In this document: positions 40,200-47,580 of the stretch, one piece after another
Layout of the letters: each line of letters starts with the position of its first letter
Position numbering within the stretch: position 1 is the stretch's first letter
From: Folioceros fuciformis
Lineage: Eukaryota
Direction: 5' to 3'
Assembly (NCBI GenBank): GCA_049999805.1
Contig: JBNGIO010006141.1
Location: forward strand, 213,057-260,636
Length of the DNA stretch: 47,580 nt
Made by a program: the position numbers and the translations under genes
Notes under the pieces: model-generated
What the model was told of the DNA's origin: nothing
The model's input: the letters and a program-made list of their open reading frames with translations, nothing else
Database searches by the model: none

Positions 40200-42995
40200 T
40201 CAAGGTCGACCTTTACAACTGCAACAACCAGCTGCGAATCGATGCAGACGATAGCCATCTCTTACAACGATGTCTCTGTGTTCGACCCTGGACATGATCT
40301 CCGTGGAACTGTGACAGTCACTGCACATGCGTAGGTTCTTGGTTACTACCAGAGGCGTCCCACTCGGGGTATTCAACAGACCAAACGCCAGGGCTAGTTT
40401 CTCAGCGTGCCCGCACAGCACATCTTCCTTCTCCTTCTCACACAGTGGCTTCAACACCAACTTTGTATGAGGCACGTGACCCCCTTCCTGCTTCAGACGC
40501 GCATTCGTGCTCTCGACCTTGAACGCAATATCATCTCTTCTTTCTCCCACCGCAAATGAATGCACCTGCTTGTTCACCTCAATGGTCGCCACTGCAGGTT
40601 TCTTGTTAGCTCCTGCTGCCATTCTCTGTGTTTCAATCCTATCCACATCGCTCCACCTGCCGGCATCTGCGAAGGCATTGGCCATGAGCACATACGCAGA
40701 TGCCCTTTGAGGGTCCAGCCTAACAAGACTCTCGAAACACCACATTGCCCTGTCTACATCCCCATGACTTTTGCAGGCATACAGCAATGACATCAACCCC
40801 ACGACATCATGTTGGCTCTCGCATGATAAAAGCAGCTTCTCGGCCTCATCTAGGTGGCCTGCACGGCCAAGAAGATCGATCATGCAATTGTGATGCTCAA
40901 CGGTAGGTTTGATGCCATGCTGTTCAGCCATGCCATCAAAGAACTTGCGACCCTCGTCCACCAGTCCCTCATGACTGCATGCTACTAGAAGGCAAGAAAA
41001 AGTAGCAGCGTCAGGCTGGACACCGGCAACTAACATCTCATCAAAGCAAGCTAGTGCATTACGACCTTCACCACAAGTACCATACCCAGACATCAAGGCG
41101 GTCCAGGTCACCACATTCTTTGTGTTCAAGCTATCGAAAGCCTGGCGTGCATCTCCCAATTCACCACACTTTGCATACATGTCCACCAGGCTGGTGCCCA
41201 CCACTAAGTCATCCAGCAGTCCTCGTCCCACAATCTGTGAGTGCAGCTGTCTGCCCTTCTGTAAGGCACCCGTGCTTCCACAGGCCTTCAGGAGGCAAGC
41301 AAAAGTAACATGGTCCGCCAAAATGAGGCCTTCGTGCTCCATTTGTTCATAGACAAGGAGAGCTTCTTGGCCAGCACCATGCTGCACAAACCCAGCTATC
41401 AGGGCATTCCATGTGACCACATCCTTCAAGGCAACGCTGTCAAAAACTTGGCGAGCGTCTTGGAGTTCACCACATTTTGCATACATGTCCACCAGGCAGT
41501 TGCCCAACACAGTATTTACCAGCAGTCCCCTTCTGACAATCTCTACGTGCAGCTGTCTGCCCTTTTCTATGGCTCCAGTGCTTGCACAGGCGTTGAGAAG
41601 GCAAGCAAAAGTAACACGGTTAGCTACGACGAGGCCCTCCTGCTCCATTTGTCCGTACAAAGCCAGACCCTCATTACCCAGCCCGTGCTGCGCATACCCA
41701 GCAATGAGCGCCGTCCATGTCACCACATCCTTCATAGGCATGCTATCAAAAACCTGGCGTGCATCCTTCATCAGACCATATTTCGCATACCCAGTTATCA
41801 GAGCATTCCATGTCACCATATTCTTTGTTATCATGCTGTCAAAAACCCGTCGTGCGTGGTTCAGTTCACCACATTTGGCATACCCAGCTATCAGGGCATT
41901 CCATGTCACGACATCTTTTGTGGCCATGTTGTCAAAAACGTGGCGTGCATCTTCCGGTTGGCCACATTTCGCATACATGTCAACGAGACAGTTGCCAACA
42001 AACAAGTTATTAGCCATGCCGCTCTGCATCACATCACAGTGCACTTTTCTGCCAGTTTCCAAGTCGGCGGCAAGTGCGCAAGCCTGAAGGGTGGCTACAA
42101 AAACGTGACCGTTCACCTTCCCTCCTGACGCACACATCTCATGGTAGAGTTGTATGGCCTCCTTAGGTTTTCCGTGCTTAGCATGTGCAGAGATGATGGA
42201 AAACCACATGAAGACGTTTGGTTTGCCCACCCTGGAGAACACATCCAAGGCCTCCTGCAGCCTACCTTCAGATACATACATGCGCAGGATATGATTCCCC
42301 AAGTACGCACTCGACTCGTACCCAAGTTTGACGGTGAGATCATGAACTTGACGCCCCACAACCAAATCCCTCTTATCTGTACACAGTTTCACCACAGTGT
42401 ACAACACAGACTCGGAAATGCCCGAGTCTACTTGCGCCAGACATTCCAGGGCTCCAACTGCCTCAGAAAGCTTCCCCTGCTGACACAACGTGCTCACGGT
42501 ACCGGCAGTAACGACACCCGTCCCCGATGTTGCACGCCTCCCAGATTCAGGCTTCCTCGGAGACCTGGACTCGGACGAGGAAGCACCATGCTCCATCTGC
42601 ATATCCAGGGCCATGAGCTGCTCATCAACCCAAGCTGGCTTAAGCATGCTGTTTAACCACAGGACCTCGCCGGACCCCTTGCGCCTGAAGTCGGGGCAAC
42701 GAGAGATCTTCTTATCTCGCCTGTTGTCCCACCACATCGTAGGGTCCAGAAAGAATTGTTGCCACAAGTGCTCCTGTTCCCGGCGACGAGCATCGTCGGA
42801 CCTTCCGTCCCCAGCCACACCTTTTCTCACATGTGGAAGTCCTTGGCTCCTTACGCTGTCGCACCTGGAGGCTATGGCGTTTGGCGGGGGAGCAATCCGT
42901 GCTGTGGTGGGCTGAGCCGAAGTCCCTGCCAGGAGCCCTGAACACGCTCCGATTTGTTGGGTACACAACGGGTCCGGTTGCCTCACTGCTGCCAT
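40200..42995 (-). CDS. PLS-class PPR-DYW:KP (GRP-type) RNA editing factor with N-terminal PDF motif
   Basis: Start MAAVRQPDPLCTQ at 42995, 13 bp from a gap; PDF motif 42615-42767; KKPAVATIEV; CGHAEKLA; CSDCH; ends CCSCKGRP. Confidence 0.94.
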   Translation of the reverse strand: MAAVRQPDPLCTQQIGACSGLLAGTSAQPTTARIAPPPNAIASRCDSVRSQGLPHVRKGVAGDGRSDDARRREQEHLWQQFFLDPTMWWDNRRDKKISRCPDFRRKGSGEVLWLNSMLKPAWVDEQLMALDMQMEHGASSSESRSPRKPESGRRATSGTGVVTAGTVSTLCQQGKLSEAVGALECLAQVDSGISESVLYTVVKLCTDKRDLVVGRQVHDLTVKLGYESSAYLGNHILRMYVSEGRLQEALDVFSRVGKPNVFMWFSIISAHAKHGKPKEAIQLYHEMCASGGKVNGHVFVATLQACALAADLETGRKVHCDVMQSGMANNLFVGNCLVDMYAKCGQPEDARHVFDNMATKDVVTWNALIAGYAKCGELNHARRVFDSMITKNMVTWNALITGYAKYGLMKDARQVFDSMPMKDVVTWTALIAGYAQHGLGNEGLALYGQMEQEGLVVANRVTFACLLNACASTGAIEKGRQLHVEIVRRGLLVNTVLGNCLVDMYAKCGELQDARQVFDSVALKDVVTWNALIAGFVQHGAGQEALLVYEQMEHEGLILADHVTFACLLKACGSTGALQKGRQLHSQIVGRGLLDDLVVGTSLVDMYAKCGELGDARQAFDSLNTKNVVTWTALMSGYGTCGEGRNALACFDEMLVAGVQPDAATFSCLLVACSHEGLVDEGRKFFDGMAEQHGIKPTVEHHNCMIDLLGRAGHLDEAEKLLLSCESQHDVVGLMSLLYACKSHGDVDRAMWCFESLVRLDPQRASAYVLMANAFADAGRWSDVDRIETQRMAAGANKKPAVATIEVNKQVHSFAVGERRDDIAFKVESTNARLKQEGGHVPHTKLVLKPLCEKEKEDVLCGHAEKLALAFGLLNTPSGTPLVVTKNLRMCSDCHSSTEIMSRVEHRDIVVRDGYRLHRFAAGCCSCKGRP

Positions 42996-43007
42996 AGTTC
43001 GCGGGCC

Positions 43008-43107
43008 NNNNNNNNNNNNNNNNNNNNNNNNNNNNNNNNNNNNNNNNNNNNNNNNNNNNNNNNNNNNNNNNNNNNNNNNNNNNNNNNNNNNNNNNNNNNN
43101 NNNNNNN
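43008..43107. other. Assembly gap (100 N)
   Basis: N run. Confidence 0.99.
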
Positions 43108-43431
43108 GATCCCACAGGCACTGAATATCGCTAGACCGCCCTGGAGAAATAACCAGACTGTTCTGCATTGCTTACATACGAAGAGAATGCACGCTATGGC
43201 TTGGAGGGATGCAAAAGCACGATTCCTTCCACGGTGTAGACAATCTTCAACTTCCTCCTTCCAGAGAGAAACGACCCATTCCACTCTGACTGTGTCCCTC
43301 GTTCCAAAAAACGAAGAGACGGCGGGAAGGGAAGCGCGCTAGCAATTCACGGCCATCCAGCGAGCCTCACAGGAGCGAAAATTGTCCTCCGGCATACTGA
43401 CATATTAGGAGCACTGAACAGATATTATTTT

Positions 43432-45165
43432 TCACGGTCGAGCTTTACGACTGCACCGGCCAGCTGCGAGTCGATGCAACCGATACCCATCTCTTACAAC
43501 ATCTCTGTGGTGGACCGTAGACATGATCTCCGTGGAACCGTGACAGGCACTGCACATGCGTAGGTTCTTGGTTACCACCAGAGGTACATCACTTGGAGTA
43601 CTCGACAGACGAAACGCCACGGCTAGTTTCTCAGCATGCCCGCGCAGCACATCTTCCTTCTCCGTCTCAGACAGTGGCTTCAACACCAAAGTCGTGTGAG
43701 GTCGTGGCCCCCTTCCTGCTTCAGAAGTGCATTCGTGCTCTCGACCTTGAACGCAATATCATCTCTTCTTTCTCCCACTGCAATTGATTGTACCTGCTTG
43801 TCCACCTCAATGGTCGCCACTGCAGGTTTCTTGTTAGCTCCTGCTGCCATTCTGTGTTTCAATCCTAAACACGCAGACGCGCTTTGAGGGTCCAGCCTAA
43901 CAAGACTTTCGAAACACCACATTGCCCTGTCTACATCCCCATGACTTTTGCAGGCATACAGCAATGACATCAACCCCACGACATCATGTTGGCTCTCGCA
44001 TGATAAAAGCATCTTCTCAGCCTCATTTAGGTGGCCTGCAGGGCCAAGAAGATCGATCATGCAATTGTGATGCTCAACGGTAGGAAGAACTTGCGACCCC
44101 CCACCAGTCCCTCTTGACATCAAAAACCTACCGTTGAGCATCACAATTGCATTACCGACTGCAAGCGACTAGAAGGTTAGGAGAAATAGCACTAACAGGC
44201 TGAACACCGGAGCCTGACATGTCATCAAAGTAGGCTAGTGCCTTACGACCTTCACTACAAGAACCATACCCAGATATCAGGGCGGTCCAGGTCACCACAT
44301 TCTTCGCGTTCATGCTGTCGAAAGCCCGGAGTGCATCTCCCAATTCTCCACACTTTGCATACATGTCCACTAGGCTGGTGCCCACGACTACGTTATCCAG
44401 CAGTCCTCTTTCAACAATCTGTGAGTGCAGCTGCCTACCCTGCTGTAAGGCACCCGTGCTCGGACAGGCCTTCAGAAGGCAAGAAAAGGTGAAACGGTCA
44501 GCCATTATGAGGCCCTCTTCCTCCATTTGTCCATACAGTAGAATCGCCTCTCGTTGCTGTGTATACCCGCGTCCTTGCTGTATATACTATCAATCGGGAC
44601 CGTCCATGTCATCACATCCATTGTGGCCAAGTTGTCAAAGGCGTGCATCTTCCAATTCGCCACATTTTGCATACATGTCAACCATGCAGTTTCCAACAAA
44701 CGAGTCGGGAGCAATGCCACTCTGCAACATTTCACAATCCTATTGCCTGCCAGATTCCAAGCCGGCGGCAAACGCACAAGCTTGAAGGGCAGCAACAAAG
44801 ACATGAGGATCCGCCTTCACGCCTGACCTACGCATCTCATGGTTTAGTTGTACTGCCTCGTTAGGTTTACCACTCTCAGCATAGGCAGAGATGGAGGCAG
44901 ACCAAGTGAAAACATCTGGTTTGCCTACCCTGATGAACACATCCATGGCCTTCTCTAGCTTGCCTCCACAGGCGTATGCCCCCCTGTGGAGGCAAGCTAG
45001 AGGGAGCTCGTCTTATCTCGTCTGTTGTCCCACCACATGGTAGGCTCCAGAAAGAATTGCTGCCACAAGTGCTCCTACTCCTGCTGCTTGAAACGACCGG
45101 CTTCCCTCGGAAATCCGTCCCCAGCCAGCTATATTCTCGGAAGTGGAAGTGCTGGGATGCTTGAG
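43432..45165 (-). pseudogene. PDF-PPR-DYW:KP pseudogene with deletions, frameshifts and inverted insertions
   Basis: Fragments: E*EHLWQQFFLEPTMWWDNRRDK, MDVFIRVGKPDVFTW, HHNCMIDLLGPAG, KKPAVATIEV, RGHAEKLA, CSACH, RCSRKARP (terminal zinc cysteines altered). Confidence 0.9.
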
Positions 45166-47379
45166 GCCCCCAAGCCTATGTCCTGTGCAAAGTGCTTGCA
45201 AGATGGATACCCATAGCCATTCATCCTGAATATAACGATCAGCCGCAATTAGGCAACATCGAGAGTAGCAACAAGGGAGACCAACTGGAATGAAGTGCAA
45301 AATAAGGATACCAACCTAGATCAAACCTGACAATTGATTACAAATCAAGAGGCCTCAATGACTGAAAACATGGATGCAGACCTTGTCGAGGCTTGCAAGA
45401 AGATCCAAAAAGCCCCTGAAAGATTGCAGTTGACAGCCCTAAGTCCATTGTTCCACAGGGTTCTTTTTTTTGTCTGTAAATGGATTGGCATCACGGAGAT
45501 TTTCAAGGAATGTCTACCGTTGCAGCTCTTTACTTACCAAGTAAATGGAACAGGATTTGTCATACCATCGACCAAATTAAAACTTGTTTGCGTGCTATGC
45601 ACCTAAAAAATGGGGTCATTGAGCAAATGGCAAACAAAGTGGAAACAAACGCAGTAGAGCATGCTAAAGGACATATTGAAGTAGCTACTAGAAGATAGGA
45701 ATTGACTTCTGGCCGGCAAGTTAACGTTCAATAATTATTTTAAGAAATTATTCACCATAAGTAATTTGAAACGTTTTAGTATGTGTGACATTATGGCTAA
45801 AGCTATTTATGTAGTTAGCGAATTCGCTTTTGCAGAAGTTCGACATGCTCTAAAAATGGCAGTCAAAACAGAGATAATAATGGAATTAAGAGATAGCTCG
45901 ATCTACTTCAACTACATGAGATGAAGGTGAAGGAGGAAGCAAGCAAACAATCCAAAGCACAAACGATTCCCGTTTAGCATCACTAAGTATCAGTGGATTT
46001 CAAGGCAGAACTAAGTATCATTGGATTTTCAGTGAATTAGATTATTATCATTATTATTATCTATTTTTTATAATAATTTACTTTATATTAAAAAAATATA
46101 GTGGATGTTCAAAGCCAAGGGTGGAGGTGAGCAAGGACATGGCAAGGGCCTTCTCCTTCTTCTACTTGGCTGACCTATTGCACTTTGTCTACGTGGTTGG
46201 GGCACTTCGCCACAATAGTGCAACTTGTCAAGTGTCTTTTGTTCCATGTGATTCCACAATCTTGACGGTGAGCTTGTATTTTCATATAGGCCCATAAAAG
46301 AAAAAAGAAGTATGCAGAGTATAGTCATAACACTAGTGACATGGAAGCCTCAAAGACTTAGAAAGCAAAAGATGCTATAGCATATTTCCATATAATTAAA
46401 TACACTATTAGGCAGATGGAAAAAACATCACAATGTGGTGGTTGTCCAGATTGTATTCCATTCCATATGGGGTGTATATGCATATTTCCATAGCAAATAC
46501 CTTCAAGAAAAAGTACCATACGGGGTGTATATGCATAATTCTACAGCAAGTAATGAGATTGGTATTGCATAGTTTGGCACCGTTGGCATTGGACACTTCG
46601 AAGAAAAAGCATCTTACGAGATGGAGAAGTTCTCTGCTTGAATAGAGCTTGATGATGGATGGTGTCTAGGTTCTCCTAGATTTTCCTACAAATTCTATTG
46701 GGCAACCAAGCCGCAAAACCAATGTGGGGTGATAGTGCTCCAAATGTTTGGACCGAAACAACAAATCGTATGTTGTTGTCTTGATGCTTTTAATTTTAGG
46801 AATTGCTATGATTTAAACCTTAAGCCAATTGTAAGATATATACATTCTATTAAATGATTCATGAAGTACAACAATTATAAAGGAAACTATGTCTTAAATA
46901 ATAACTACCAAATTAGGGCTATAACTACCATCAATGGATGCACCCTTTCATTAGGTGCACCTATACAATAATTTAATTATGAAACGAGCCCTAACCCTAG
47001 TTGATATAAACAACATTCAAATAAGGGCTATTTCAACATATGCCAATGAGGGTTTGTCAGAAAGAGCGTAACAGGGGACTCTAAGTTCTTTGCCGAGCCT
47101 TGAAAATGAAAACGAGCATTTTGTCATTTCAATAAGGTTAGGTTGTGTAAATGGGAAGGGGGTATCAAGTTTGACTCCTCATGTTTCATGCTGAAGAGTT
47201 TAGGGTTCAAGGTTGCAAGGTTGCAGCCTTCTTTGGATGACCAAATGTGGAGTGATTCATATACCCAAGAACCACCAAGGGGCCACATTTTCCCCTTATG
47301 ATTCGCTCCGAAACTAGTGTCAAGGTTACCTACAATTCCCAAATCTGATCCTAACTATCAGCCAGTTCCTAACCCTGAC

Positions 47380-47462
47380 CACCCTACAGCAAAAAGGTCA
47401 AATTCTCCACCCTACAGCAAAAAGGTCAAAATCCCCACCCTACAGCAAAAAGGTCAAAATCC
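47380..47462. repeat. ~28-bp tandem repeat x3
   Basis: caccctacagcaaaaaggtcaaaat is repeated. Confidence 0.9.
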
Positions 47463-47522
47463 CTAGCCCTATCTTCAACTGAGCATACTAATTCCACGCT
47501 CCATGACTTCAATCCCTCAGCC

Positions 47523-47580
47523 CTTCACTTCTTCACTTCTTCACTTCTTCAGCCCATCACTTCTTCACTTCTTCACTTCT
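47523..47580. repeat. (CTTCACTT)n microsatellite running off the window end
   Basis: cttcacttcttcacttcttcactt... directly visible. Confidence 0.85.

Noticed and set aside
45200-47370. Short ORFs in the AT-rich tail
   Set aside because: No recognisable domains; consistent with intergenic or decayed repeat DNA.

Overview
Eukaryotic land-plant nuclear DNA. The mix of KP/GRP-type and WW-type editing factors suggests a hornwort, or possibly a fern/lycophyte (inference). The window is a dense array of intronless PLS-class PPR genes for organellar RNA editing. It holds six apparently intact DYW:KP-type genes (KPAxA box, HAE...CxxC, ends GRP/GRW/DRC; the class linked to U-to-C editing), two decayed KP paralogs plus an orphan 5' fragment, one E-class 3' end, and one 1835-codon ORF that reads through two WW-type E-class PPR units. 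It also contains tRNA-Pro(CGG), a decayed CRE-like (RLE-type) non-LTR retrotransposon, many minisatellites and three assembly gaps. The most striking feature: all five intact GRP/GRW-type KP genes carry, N-terminal to the PPR array, a module matching the PDF motif of plant OSB organellar ssDNA-binding proteins (W..FF..P..WWDNR..K....PDF..K...LWL....P.WV), intact or decaying; one pseudogene keeps its first half. This points to an apparent ssDNA-binding/U-to-C-editing fusion family.
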